Assembly (NCBI GenBank): GCA_964016885.1
Contig: OZ024741.1
Coordinates: 398,908,001 to 398,972,000 of the forward strand
Direction of reading: 5' to 3'
Length of the DNA stretch: 64,000 nt
Source: Eledone cirrhosa
Lineage: Eukaryota
Shown here: positions 19,001-38,400 of the stretch, one piece after another
How the letters are laid out: every line of letters begins with the position of its first letter
How positions within the stretch are numbered: position 1 is the first letter of the stretch
The notes under the pieces: generated by a model
Told to the model about the DNA's origin: nothing
Seen by the model: only the letters and a program-made list of their open reading frames with translations
Databases searched by the model: none
Position numbers and translations under genes: made by a program

Positions 19001-20645
19001 TATCATATACTATATCATAAACTATATCATACACTATATCATACAATATACCATACTTTAAATCATACACTATATCATATACTATATCATATATTATATC
19101 ATACACTATAACATACTCTATATTATACACTATATCATACAATATATCATATACTGTATCATATACTATATCATACACTATATCATACACTATATCATAT
19201 ACTATATCATACTCTATATCATACACCACACCATACACTATATTCTACACTATAACATACACTATATCATACTCTATATCATAAACAATCTCATACACTA
19301 TATCATACTCTATATCATACACTATATCAAACACTATAAACTATTTCATACACTATATCATACACTATATCATACATTATACTATACTCTATATCATATA
19401 CTATATCATACTCTATATCATCCACTATAGCATACACTATATCATACACTATATCATACACTATATCATACTCTATATTATACACTATACCATATTCTAT
19501 ATCATACACTATACCATACACTATACCATACTCTATATCATACACGATATCATACACTATATCATACACTATACCATACTCTATATGATACACTATATCA
19601 TACACTATATCATATACTATATCATACAATATACCATACTTTATATCATACACTATATCATACACTATATCATATACAATATCATACACTATATCATACA
19701 CTATACCATACTGTATATCATACACTATATCATACATTATATCATACACTAGATCATCTCTATATCATACACTATATCATACACTAAACCATACATTGTA
19801 TCATACACTATATCATACACTATATCATACACTATACCATACACTATATCATATACTATATCATACACTATATCAGACACTATATCTTACAGTATATCAT
19901 ACATTATATCATACTCCATATCATACACTATATCATACACTATACCATACACTGTATCATACACTATATCTTACACTATATCATACACTATATCATATAC
20001 TATATGATACACTATGCCATATAGTATATCATATACTATATCATATACTATATCATAGACTAAACCATACACTATATCATACATAATATCATACACTATA
20101 TTATACACTACACCATACTCTATATCATACAATATATCATATACTATATTATACACTATATCATACACTATATCATACACTATACCATACACTATATCAT
20201 ATAATATATCATACACTATACCATACACTAAACCATACACTATATCATACACTATATCATACACTATACGATATACTATATGATACATTATATCATATAC
20301 TATATCATACACTATATCATACACTAAACCATACACTATATAATACACTATATCATACACTATATCATACACTATATGATATACTATATGATACACTATA
20401 TCATACACTACATCATACACTATATCATACACTATATCATTCACTATATCATACACTATATCATATACTATATCATACTCTATATCATACACTATATCAT
20501 ACACTATACCATACAATATATCATACACTATACCATACACTATATCATACTCTATATCATACACTATCTCATACACTATATCATACACTATACCATACAC
20601 TATATCATACACAATACCATACACTATATCATACTCTATATCATA
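16090..20645 (+). repeat. Higher-order tandem duplication, 2,285-2,309-bp unit (two copies)
   Basis: ORF pairs 16648/18933, 17042/19327, 17511/19796, 17686/19971 and 18091/20376 are offset by 2285. Pair 16157..16642/18466..18927 starts at offset 2309, a 24-bp (two-monomer) indel. Confidence 0.92.
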
Positions 20646-23199
20646 CATTATATCATACTCTATATCATACACTATATCATACACTATATCATAAACTATA
20701 ACATATACTATATTATACACGATATCATACACTATACCATACATTATATAATACAAAATACCATACACTATATCATATTCTATATCATACACTATATAAA
20801 ACACTATATCATACACTATTTCATATACTATACCATACAATATACCATACACTATATCATATTCTATATCATACACTATATCATACACTATATCATATAC
20901 TATATCATACACTATATCATACACTATATCTTATACTATATCATACACTATATCATACACTATATCATATATTATATCATACACTATATCATACACTATA
21001 TCATACACCATATCATATATTATATCATAAACTATATCATACACTATATCATATACTATATCATAAACTATATCATACACTATATCATACAATATACCAT
21101 ACTTTATATCATACACTATATCATATACTATATCATATATTATATCATACACTATAACATACTCTATATTATACACTATATCATACAATATATCATATAC
21201 TGTATCATATACTATATCATACACTATATCATACACTATATCATATACTATATCATACTCTATATCATAAACAATCTCATACACTATATCATACTCTATA
21301 TCATACACTATATCAAACACTATAAACTATTTCATACACTATATCATACACTATATCATACACTATATCATACACTATATCATACACTATATCATACTCT
21401 ATATCATACACTATACCATACTCTATATCATACACTATATCATATACTATATCATACAATATACCATACTTTATATCATACACTATATCATATACTAAAT
21501 CATACATTATATCATACACTATATCCTACTCTATATCATACACTATATCATACACTATATCATACACTATATCATATATTATATCATAGACTATATCATC
21601 CACTATATCATATTATTATATCATACACTATATCATACACTATATCATACAATATACCATACTCTATATCATACACTATATCATACACTATATCATACAT
21701 TATATCATACACTATATCATACACGATACCATACTCTATATCATATACTTCATCATACACTTTATTATACACTATATCATACACAGAACCATACACTATA
21801 TCATATACTATATAATACACTATATTATACACTATACCATACTCTATATCATGCACTATATCATATGCAATATCATACATTATATCATACATTATATCAT
21901 ACACTATATCATAGTATATCCTACTCTATATCATACACTATATAATACACTAAACCATACAATATATCATACACTATAGCATATACTATATCATATACTA
22001 TATCATACACTATATCATATACTATATCATACACTATATCATACACTATGTCATATACTATATCACACACAATATCATACACTATATCATACACTATACC
22101 ATACACTATATCATATACTATATCATACACTATACCATACACTATATCATACAGTATATCCTACTCTATATCATACAATATATCATACACTAAACTATAC
22201 ACTATATCATACACTATATCATACACTATATCATACACTATATCATACACTATATCATATACTATCTCATACACTATATCATACTCTATATCATACACTA
22301 TATCATACACTATACCATACATTATATCATATACAGTATCATAATCTATATCATACTCTATATCATACTCTATATCATACACTATACCATAAACTATATC
22401 ATACACTATATCATACACTATATCATACACTATATCATAAACTATATCATATACTATATCATACACTATAACATCCACTACATCTTACACTATATCATAC
22501 ACTACATCATACACTATATCATACACTATATCATATACTATATCATACACTATATCATACACTATATAATACAATATACCATACTTTATATCATACACTA
22601 TATCATATACTATATCATACACTATATCATACACTATATCTTACTCTATATCATACAATATATCATACACTATATCATACAGTATATCATATACTATATC
22701 ATACACTATAACATCAACTACATCATACACTATATCATACACTACATCTTACACTATATCATACACTATATCATATACTATATCATACACTATATCATAC
22801 ACTATATCATATACTATATCATACAGTATATCATCCCTATAGCATACACTATATCATACACTATGTCATACACTATATCATACACTATATCATAAACTAT
22901 ACCATATACTATATCATACACTATATCATACATTATACCATGCTCTATGTCATACATTATATCGTACACTATATCATACACTATATCATACATCTTACTA
23001 TACTCTATATCATATTCTATATCATACACTAAATCATACACGATATTATACACTATAACATACACTATAGCATACTCTATATCACACTCTATATCATACA
23101 CTATATCATACACTATACAATACATTATATCATACTCTATGTCATACACTATATCATACAATATCATACACTATATCAAACACTATATCATACACTAAA

Positions 23200-26100
23200 C
23201 CATACACTATATCATAAACTATATCATATATTATAAAATATACTATATCATACACTATATCATATACTATATCATAGACTATATCCTATACTATATCATA
23301 CACTATATAATACACTATAACGTATACTATATCATATACTATATCATATACTATATCATACATATATCATACAATATATCATACACTATACAAAACAGTA
23401 TACCATACACTATATAATACACTATACCATACACTATATCATACACTATATCATACACTATATCATACACTATATCATACACTATATCATACTCTATATC
23501 ATACACTATATCATACACTATATACTATTTCATACACTATATCATACACTATATAATACATTATACTATACTCTATATCATATACTATATCATACACTAT
23601 ATCATACACTATATCATACACTATATCATACATTATACCATACTCTATATCATACACTATATCATACACTATATCATACACTAAATCATACACTATATCA
23701 TACATCATATCATATACTATATAACACTCTATATCATACACTATATCATCCACTATACCATACACTATATCATACACTATACCATACCCTACATCATACA
23801 CTATACCATACACTATATCATACTCCATATCATACACTATCCCATACACTATATCATACACTATACCATACACTATACCATACACTATATCCTATACTAT
23901 GTCATACACTATATCATACACTATATCATACACTATATCATATACTATATCATACACTATATCATACACTATATCATATACTATATCATACACTATATCA
24001 TACACTATATCATATACTATATCATACACTATATCATACACTATATCATATACTATATCATACACTATATCATACATTATATCATCCACTATATAATATA
24101 TTATATCATACACTATATCATACACTATATTATATATTATATCATATACTATATCATACACTATATCATACACTATATCATACACTATACCATAACCTAT
24201 ATCATACTCTATATCATACACTATCTCATACACTACATCATACACTATACCATACACTATATCATACATAATACCATACACTATATCATACTCAAAATCA
24301 TACACAATATCATACTCTATATCATACAATATATCATACACTATATTATAAACTATACCATATACTATATCATACACTATATCATATACTATACCATACA
24401 TTATATCATGCACTATACCATACACTATATCATATTCTATATCATACACTATATCATACACTATATCATACACTATATCATATACTATATCATACATTAT
24501 ATCATACACTATATCATATACTATATCATATACTATATCATACACTATATCATGCATTATATCATACACTATATAATATATTATATCATACACTATATCA
24601 TACACTATATTATATATTATATCATATACTATATCATACACTATATCATACACTATATCATACACTATACCATACACTATATCATACTCTATATCATACA
24701 CTATCTCATACACTATATCATACACTATACCATACACTATATCATACATAATAACATACACTATATCATACTCTAAATCATACACTATATCATACACTAT
24801 ATTATATATTATATAATATACTATATCATACACTATATCATACACTATATCATACACTATACCATACACTATATCATACTCTATATCATACACTATCTCA
24901 TACACTATATCATACACTATACCATACACTATATCATACATAATACCATACACTATATCATACTCTAAATCATACACTATATCATACTCTATATCATACA
25001 ATATATCATACACTATATCATAAACTATACCATATACTATATCATACACTATATCATATACTATACCATACATTATATCATGCACTATACCATACACTAT
25101 ATCATATTCTATATCATACACTATATCATACAATATATCATACACTATATCATATACTATACCATACACTATATCATACACTATATCATATACTATATCA
25201 TACACTATATCATACACTATATCATATACTATATCATACATTATATCATACACTATATCATATACTATATCATACACTATATCATACACTATATCATATA
25301 CTATATAATACACTATATCATACATTATATCATATACTATATCATACACTTTATCACACACTATATGATATACTATATCATGCACTATATCATACACTAT
25401 ATCATATATTATATCATACACTATATCATAAACTATATCATACACTATATCATATATTATATCATACACTATATCATACACTATATCATATACTATATCA
25501 TAAACTTTATTATACACTATATCATACACTATACCATACTTTATATCATACACTATATCATATATTATATCATATACTATATCATACACTATAACATACT
25601 CTATATTATACACTATATCATACACTATATAATATACTGTATCATTTACAATATCATACACTATATCATATACTGTATCATGCACTATATCATACATTAT
25701 ATCATACACTATACCATACTGTATATCATGCACTATATCATGTACTATATCATACACTATATCATACACTATATGTATATACTATATCATACACTATATC
25801 ATACACTATGTCATATACTATATCATACACTACATAATATATTATATCATACACTATATCATACACTATATCATACACTAAACCATACACTATATCATAC
25901 ACTATATTATACACTATATCATACACTATATCATATACTATATCATACACTATATCATACAGTATACCATACTCTATATTATACACTATATCATACACTA
26001 TACCATACTCTATATCATATACTATATCATACACTATATCATCGACTATATCATACACTATATCATACACTATATCATACACTATATCATACAATATATT

Positions 26101-29100
26101 ATACAATATTACCATACTCTATATCATACACTATATCATACAATATATTATACACTATATCATACACTATATCATACACTAAACCATACACTATATCATT
26201 AACTATATCATATACTATATAATATCCTATATCATATACTACATCATACATTATATCATACACTATACAATACATTATACCATACACTAAACCATACACT
26301 ATATCATAAACTATATCATATACTATAAAATATACTATATCATACACTATATCATATACTATATCATAGACTATATCCTATACTATATCATACACTATAT
26401 AATACACTATAACATATACTATATCATATACTATATCATATACTATATCATACATATATCATACAATATATCATACACTATACAAAACAGTATACCATAC
26501 ACTATATAATACACTATACCATACACTATATCATACATTATATCATACACTATATCATACACTATATCATACACTATATCATACTCTATATCATACACTA
26601 TATCATACACTATATACTATTTCATACACTATATCATACACTATATAATACAATATACTATACTCTATATCATATACTATATCATACACTATATCATACA
26701 CTATATCATACACTATATCATACATTATACCATACTCTATATCATACACTATATCATACACTATATCATACACTAAATCATACACTATATCATACATCAT
26801 ATCATATACTATATAATACTCTATATCATACACTATATCATCCACTATACCATACACTATATCATACACTATACCATACCCTACATCATACACTATACCA
26901 TACACTATATCATACTCCATATCATACACTATCCCATACACTATATCATACACTATATCATACAGTATACCATACACTATATCCTATACTATGTCATACA
27001 CTATATCATACACTATATCATACACTATATCATATACTATATCATACACTATATCATACACTATATCATATACTATATCATACACTATATCATACACTAT
27101 ATCATATACTATATCATACACTATATCATACACTATATCATATACTATATCATACACTATATTATACATTATATCATACACTATATAATATATTATATCA
27201 TACACTATATCATACACTATATTATATATTATATCATATACTATATCATACACTATATCATACACTATATCATACACTATACCATACACTATATCATACT
27301 CTATATCTTACACTATCTCATACACTATATCATACACTATACGATACACTATATCATACATAATACCATACAATATATCATACTCTAAATCATACGCTAT
27401 ATCATACTCTATATCATACAATATATCATACACTATATCATAAAATATACCATATACTATATCATACACTATATCATATACTATACCATACATTATATCA
27501 TGCACTATACCATACACTATATCATATTCTATATCATACACTATATCATACACTGTATCATACACTATATCATATACAATACCATACACTATATCATACA
27601 CTATATCATATACTATATCATACACTATATCATACACTATATCATATACTATATCATACATAATATCATACACTATGTCATATACTATATCATATACTAT
27701 ATCATACACTATATCATACATTATATCATACAATATATAATATATTATATCATACACTATATCATACACTATATTATATATTATATCATATACTATATCA
27801 TACACTATATCATACACTATATCATACACTATACCATACACTATATCATACTCTATATCATACACTATCTCATACACTATATCATACACTATACCATACA
27901 CTATATCATACATAATACCATACACTATATCATACTCTAAATCATACACTATATCATACACTATATTATATATTATATCATATACTATATCATTCACTAT
28001 ATCATACACTATATCATACACTATACCATACACTATATCATACTCTATATCATACACTATCTCATACACTATATCATACACTATACCATACACTATATCA
28101 TACATAATACCATACACTAAATCATACTCTAAATCATACACTATATCATACTCTATATCATACAATATATCATACACTATATCATAAACTATACCATATA
28201 CTATATCATACACTATATCATATACTATACCATACATTATATCATGCACTATACCATACACTATATCATATACTATACCATACACTATATCATACACTAT
28301 ATCATATACTATATCATACACTATATCATACACTATATCATATACTATATCATACATTATATCATACACTATATCATATACTATATCATATACTATATCA
28401 TACACTATATCATACATTATATCATACACTATATCATATACTATATCATACATTATATCATACACTATATCATATACTATATCATACACTATATCATACA
28501 CTATATCATATACTATATAATACACTATATCATACATTATATCATATACTATATCATACACTTTATCACACACTATATCCTATACTATATCATACACTAT
28601 ATCATACACTATATCATATATTATATCATACACTATATCATAAACTATATCATACACTATATCATATATTATATCATACACTATATCATACACTATATCA
28701 TATACTATATCATAAACTTTATCATACACTATATCATACACTATACCATACTTTATATCATACACTATATCATATATTATATCATATACTATATCATACA
28801 CTATACCATACTCTATATTATACACTATATCATACACTATATAATATACTGTATCATTTACAATATCATACAATATATCATATACTGTATCATGCACTAT
28901 ATCATACACTATATCATACACTATACCATACTGTATATCATGCACTATATCATATATATATCATACACTATATCATACACTATATGTATATACTATATCA
29001 TACACTATATCATACACTATGTCATATACTATATCATACACTACATCATATATTATATCATACAATATATCATACACTATATCATACACTAAACCATACA

Positions 29101-29450
29101 CTATATCATACACTATATTATACACTATATCATACACTATATCATATACTATATCATACACTATATCATACAGTATACCATACTCTATATTATACACTAT
29201 ATCATACACTATACCATACTCTATATCATATACTATATCATACACTATATCATCGACTATATCATACACTATATCATACAATATATTATACAATATTACC
29301 ATACTCTATATCATACACTATATCATACAATATATTATACACTATATCATACACTATATCATACACTAAACCATACACTATATCATTAACTATATCATAT
29401 ACTATATAATATCCTATATCATATACTACATCATACATTATATCATACAC
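23200..29450 (+). repeat. Older, more diverged tandem duplication, about 3.1-3.2 kb unit
   Basis: 23511..23885/26603..26977 (offset 3092), 24408/27500 (3092), 25762/28973 (3211), 26099/29286 (3187). Shared markers tacaaaacagtatacc, ataccctacatc, tatatgtatatac and caatattacc. Confidence 0.85.
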
Positions 29451-32400
29451 TATAAGATACATTATATTAAACTCTATATCATATACTATAACATACACTA
29501 TATCATACACTATACCATACATTATATCATACACTATACCTTACACTATATCAAACACTATAACATACACTATACCCTACTGTATATCATACACTATAAT
29601 ATATACTATACCATACACTATATCATACACTATATCATATACTATATCATACACTATATTATATATTTTATATCATATACTATATCATACACTATATCAT
29701 ACACTATATCATACACTATATAATATACTATATCATATACTATATCATACACTATATCATACACTATACCATACACTATATCATACACTATACCATATAT
29801 TATATCATACACTATATCATACACTATATCATATACTATACCATACACTATATCATACACTATATCATATACTATATCATACACTATATTATATATTATA
29901 TCATATACTATATCATACACTATATCATACACTATATCATACACTATATCATACACTATATCATATACTATATCATGCACTATATCATACATTATATCAT
30001 ACAATATATGATACATTATATCATAATCTATATCATACTCTATATCATACACTATATCATACACTATATCATACAATATATGATACATTATATCATACAC
30101 TATATCATACTCTATATCATACACTATATCATACACTATATCATTTACTATATCATATACTATATCATACACTATATCATCCACAATATCATACACTATA
30201 TCATACACTATATCATACACTATATCATACACTATATCATACACTATACCATACTCTATATCATACACTATATCATACACCATATCATACACTATATCAT
30301 ATACTATATCATACACTATATCATATACTATATCATACACTATATCATATAATATAAAATAAACGATATAATACACTATATCATATACTATATCATAGAC
30401 TATATCATATACTATATCATACACAATATCGTACACTATATCATACACTATATCATACTCTATACAATACTCTATATCGTACACTATATCATACACTATA
30501 TCATACACTATATCATACAATATACCATACACTATATCATACATTATACCATATACTATATCATACACTATATCATATAATATATAATACACTATACCAT
30601 ACCCTATATCATACACTATATCATATACTGTATCATACACTATATCATACACTATATGTATATACTATATAATACACTATATCATACACTATATCATATA
30701 CTATATCATACACTACATCATATAATATATCATACACTATATCATACACTATATCATACACTAAACCATACACTATATCATACACTATATCATACACTAT
30801 ATCATACACTATATCATATACTATATCATACACTATATCATACAGTATACCATACTCCATATTATACTCTATATTATACACTATACCATACTCTATATAA
30901 TACACTATATCATACATTATATCATACACTATATCATATACTATATCATACACTATATCATATACTATATCATACACTATATCATACACTATATCATACA
31001 GTATATCATACACTATATCATAAACTATACCATACTTAATATCATACACTATATCATACAACATATCATACACTATATCATACACTAAACCATACAGTAT
31101 ACCATACTCCATATTATACTCTATATCATAAACTATATCATATACTATATAATTTACTATATCATATACTATATCATACACTATATCATATACAGTATCA
31201 TACTCTATATCATACACTATACTATACTCTATATCATACACTATATCATATACTATATCATACACTATATAATACACTATATGATATATTATATCATACA
31301 CTATATCAAATACTATATCATACACTATATCATATACTATATCATACACTATATAATACACTATATCATATACTATATCATATATTATATCATATACTAT
31401 ATCATACACTATATCATACACTATACGATACTCTGTATCATACACTATATCATACAATATATCATACACTATATTATACACTACATCATACACTATATCA
31501 TAGACTATATCATACACTATATCATATAAAATATCATACATTATATAATACACTATATCATACACTATATCATACACTATATCATACACTATATCATACA
31601 CTATACCATACACTACATCATATACTATATCATATACTATATCATACGCTATATCATACAATATATCATATACTATATCATACATTATATCATACACTAT
31701 ATCATACACTATATCATATACTATATCATACACTATATCATACACTATATCATATATAATATCATACACTATATCATATAATATATCATACACTATATCA
31801 TACTCTATATCATACACTATATCATACACTATATCATACACTATATCATATACTATATCATACACTATATCATCCACAATATCATACATTATATCATACA
31901 CTATATCATACACTATATCATACACTATACCATAATCTATATCATACACTATATCATACACTATATCATACACTATATCATATACTGTATCATACACTAT
32001 ATCATATACTATATCATACATTATATCATATAATATAACATACACGATATAATACATTATACCATATACTATATCATACACTATATCATATACTACAAAT
32101 ACACTATATTATACACTATGCCATGCACTATATTATACACTATACCATACTCTATATCATACACTTTACCATACACTATATCATACAATATATCATACAC
32201 TAAACCATACTCTATATCATACACTATATAATACACTATTTCATACACTATATCATACACTATATCATACACTATATCATACACTATATCATACACTAAA
32301 CCATACTCTATATCATACACTATATTATACACTATATCATATACTATATCATACTCTATATCATACACTATATCATAGACTATACCATACACTATATCAT

Positions 32401-35400
32401 ACAATATACCCTACAATATATCATACTCTATATCATACACTATATCATACTCTATATAATACACTATATCATATACTATATCATACACTATATCATACAC
32501 TATATCATATATAATATCATACACTATATCATATACTATATCATACACTATATCATACTCTATATCATACACTATACCATACTCTATATCATACACTATA
32601 TCATACACTATATCATACACTATACCATAACCTATATCATACTCTATATCATACACTATCTCATACACTACATCATACACTATACCATACACTATATCAT
32701 ACATAATACCATACACTATATCATACTCAAAATCATACACAATATCATACTCTATATCATACAATATATCATACACTATATTATAAACTATACCATATAC
32801 TATATCATACACTATATCATATACTATACCATACATTATATCATGCACTATACCATACACTATATCATATTCTATATCATACACTATATCATACACTATA
32901 TCATACACTATATCATATACTATATCATACATTATATCATACACTATATCATATACTATATCATATACTATATCATACACTATATCATGCATTATATCAT
33001 ACACTATATAATATATTATATCATACACTATATCATACACTATATTATATATTATATCATATACTATATCATACACTATATCATACACTATATCATACAC
33101 TATACCATACACTATATCATACTCTATATCATACACTATCTCATACACTATATCATACACTATACCATACACTATATCATACATAATAACATACACTATA
33201 TCATACTCTAAATCATACACTATATCATACACTATATTATATATTATATAATATACTATATCATACACTATATCATACACTATATCATACACTATACCAT
33301 ACACTATATCATACTCTATATCATACACTATCTCATACACTATATCATACACTATACCATACACTATATCATACATAATACCATACACTATATCATACTC
33401 TAAATCATACACTATATCATACTCTATATCATACAATATATCATACACTATATCATAAACTATACCATATACTATATCATACACTATATCATATACTATA
33501 CCATACATTATATCATGCACTATACCATACACTATATCATATTCTATATCATACACTATATCATACAATATATCATACACTATATCATATACTATACCAT
33601 ACACTATATCATACACTATATCATATACTATATCATACACTATATCATACACTATATCATATACTATATCATACATTATATCATACACTATATCATATAC
33701 TATATCATACACTATATCATACACTATATCATATACTATATAATACACTATATCATACATTATATCATATACTATATCATACACTTTATCACACACTATA
33801 TGATATACTATATCATGCACTATATCATACACTATATCATATATTATATCATACACTATATCATAAACTATATCATACACTATATCATATATTATATCAT
33901 ACACTATATCATACACTATATCATATACTATATCATAAACTTTATCATACACTATATCATACACTATACCATACTTTATATCATACACTATATCATATAT
34001 TATATCATATACTATATCATACACTATAACATACTCTATATTATACACTATATCATACACTATATAATATACTGTATCATTTACAATATCATACACTATA
34101 TCATATACTGTATCATGCACTATATCATACACTATATCATACACTATACCATACTGTATATCATGCACTATATCATGTACTATATCATACACTATATCAT
34201 ACACTATATGTATATACTATATCATACACTATATCATACACTATGTCATATACTATATCATACACTACATAATATATTATATCATACACTATATCATACA
34301 CTATATCATACACTAAACCATACACTATATCATACACTATATTATACACTATATCATACACTATATCATATACTATATCATACACTATATCATACAGTAT
34401 ACCATACTCTATATTATACACTATATCATACACTATACCATACTCTATATCATATACTATATCATACACTATATCATCGACTATATCATACACTATATCA
34501 TACACTATATCATACACTATATCATACAATATATTATACAATATTACCATACTCTATATCATACACTATATCATACAATATATTATACACTATATCATAC
34601 ACTATATCATACACTAAACCATACACTATATCATTAACTATATCATATACTATATAATATCCTATATCATATACTACATCATACATTATATCATACACTA
34701 TACAATACATTATACCATACACTAAACCATACACTATATCATAAACTATATCATATACTATAAAATATACTATATCATACACTATATCATATACTATATC
34801 ATAGACTATATCCTATACTATATCATACACTATATAATACACTATAACATATACTATATCATATACTATATCATATACTATATCATACATATATCATACA
34901 ATATATCATACACTATACAAAACAGTATACCATACACTATATAATACACTATACCATACACTATATCATACACTATATCATACACTATATCATACACTAT
35001 ATCATACACTATATCATACTCTATATCATACACTATATCATACACTATATACTATTTCATACACTATATCATACACTATATAATACAATATACTATACTC
35101 TATATCATATACTATATCATACACTATATCATACACTATATCATACACTATATCATACATTATACCATACTCTATATCATACACTATATCATACACTATA
35201 TCATACACTAAATCATACACTATATCATACATCATATCATATACTATATAATACTCTATATCATACACTATATCATCCACTATACCATACACTATATCAT
35301 ACACTATACCATACCCTACATCATACACTATACCATACACTATATCATACTCCATATCATACACTATCCCATACACTATATCATACACTATATCATACAG

Positions 35401-38400
35401 TATACCATACACTATATCCTATACTATGTCATACACTATATCATACACTATATCATACACTATATCATATACTATATCATACACTATATCATACACTATA
35501 TCATATACTATATCATACACTATATCATACACTATATCATATACTATATCATACACTATATCATACACTATATCATATACTATATCATACACTATATTAT
35601 ACATTATATCATACACTATATAATATATTATATCATACACTATATCATACACTATATTATATATTATATCATATACTATATCATACACTATATCATACAC
35701 TATATCATACACTATACCATACACTATATCATACTCTATATCTTACACTATCTCATACACTATATCATACACTATACGATACACTATATCATACATAATA
35801 CCATACAATATATCATACTCTAAATCATACGCTATATCATACTCTATATCATACAATATATCATACACTATATCATAAAATATACCATATACTATATCAT
35901 ACACTATATCATATACTATACCATACATTATATCATGCACTATACCATACACTATATCATATTCTATATCATACACTATATCATACACTGTATCATACAC
36001 TATATCATATACAATACCATACACTATATCATACACTATATCATACTCTAAATCATACACTATATCATACACTATATTATATATTATATAATATACTATA
36101 TCATACACTATATCATACACTATATCATACACTATACCATACACTATATCATACTCTATATCATACACTATCTCATACACTATATCATACACTATACCAT
36201 ACACTATATCATACATAATACCATACACTATATCATACTCTAAATCATACACTATATCATACTCTATATCATACAATATATCATACACTATATCATAAAC
36301 TATACCATATACTATATCATACACTATATCATATACTATACCATACATTATATCATGCACTATACCATACACTATATCATATTCTATATCATACACTATA
36401 TCATACAATATATCATACACTATATCATATACTATACCATACACTATATCATACACTATATCATATACTATATCATACACTATATCATACACTATATCAT
36501 ATACTATATCATACATTATATCATACACTATATCATATACTATATCATACACTATATCATACACTATATCATATACTATATAATACACTATATCATACAT
36601 TATATCATATACTATATCATACACTTTATCACACACTATATGATATACTATATCATGCACTATATCATACACTATATCATATATTATATCATACACTATA
36701 TCATAAACTATATCATACACTATATCATATATTATATCATACACTATATCATACACTATATCATATACTATATCATAAACTTTATCATACACTATATCAT
36801 ACACTATACCATACTTTATATCATACACTATATCATATATTATATCATATACTATATCATACACTATAACATACTCTATATTATACACTATATCATACAC
36901 TATATAATATACTGTATCATTTACAATATCATACACTATATCATATACTGTATCATGCACTATATCATACACTATATCATACACTATACCATACTGTATA
37001 TCATGCACTATATCATGTACTATATCATACACTATATCATACACTATATGTATATACTATATCATACACTATATCATACACTATGTCATATAATATATCA
37101 TACACTACATAATATATTATATCATACACTATATCATACACTATATCATACACTAAACCATACACTATATCATACACTATATTATACACTATATCATACA
37201 CTATATCATATACTATATCATACACTATATCATACAGTATACCATACTCTATATTATACACTATATCACACACTATACCATACTCTATATCATATACTAT
37301 ATCATACACTATATCATCGACTATATCATACACTATATCATACACTATATCATACACTATATCATACAATATATTATACAATATTACCATACTCTATATC
37401 ATACACTATATCATACAATATATTATACACTATATCATACACTATATCATACACTAAACCATACACTATATCATTAACTATATCATATACTATATAATAT
37501 CCTATATCATATACTACATCATACATTATATCATACACTATACAATACATTATACCATACACTAAACCATACACTATATCATAAACTATATCATATACTA
37601 TAAAATATACTATATCATACACTATATCATATACTATATCATAGACTATATCCTATACTATATCATACACTATATAATACACTATAACATATACTATATC
37701 ATATACTATATCATATACTATATCATACATATATCATACAATATATCATACACTATACAAAACAGTATACCATACACTATATAATACACTATACCATACA
37801 CTATATCATACACTATATCATACACTATATCATACACTATATCATACACTATATCATACTCTATATCATACACTATATCATACACTATATACTATTTCAT
37901 ACACTATATCATACACTATATAATACAATATACTATACTCTATATCATATACTATATCATACACTATATCATACACTATATCATACACTATATCATACAT
38001 TATACCATACTCTATATCATACACTATATCATACACTATATCATACACTAAATCATACACTATATCATACATCATATCATATACTATATAATACTCTATA
38101 TCATACACTATATCATCCACTATACCATACACTATATCATACACTATACCATACCCTACATCATACACTATACCATACACTATATCATACTCCATATCAT
38201 ACACTATCCCATACACTATATCATACACTATATCATACAGTATACCATACACTATATCCTATACTATGTCATACACTATATCATACACTATATCATACAC
38301 TATATCATATACTATATCATACACTATATCATACACTATATCATATACTATATCATACACTATATCATACACTATATCATATACTATATCATACACTATA

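Noticed and set aside
24408-25080. 672-bp offset here equals the 672-bp difference between the 3,270 and 2,598 units
   Set aside because: The sequences involved are different, the paralogous spacing is 744 bp (27500/28244), and offsets are quantised in 12-bp steps, so coincidence is likely.
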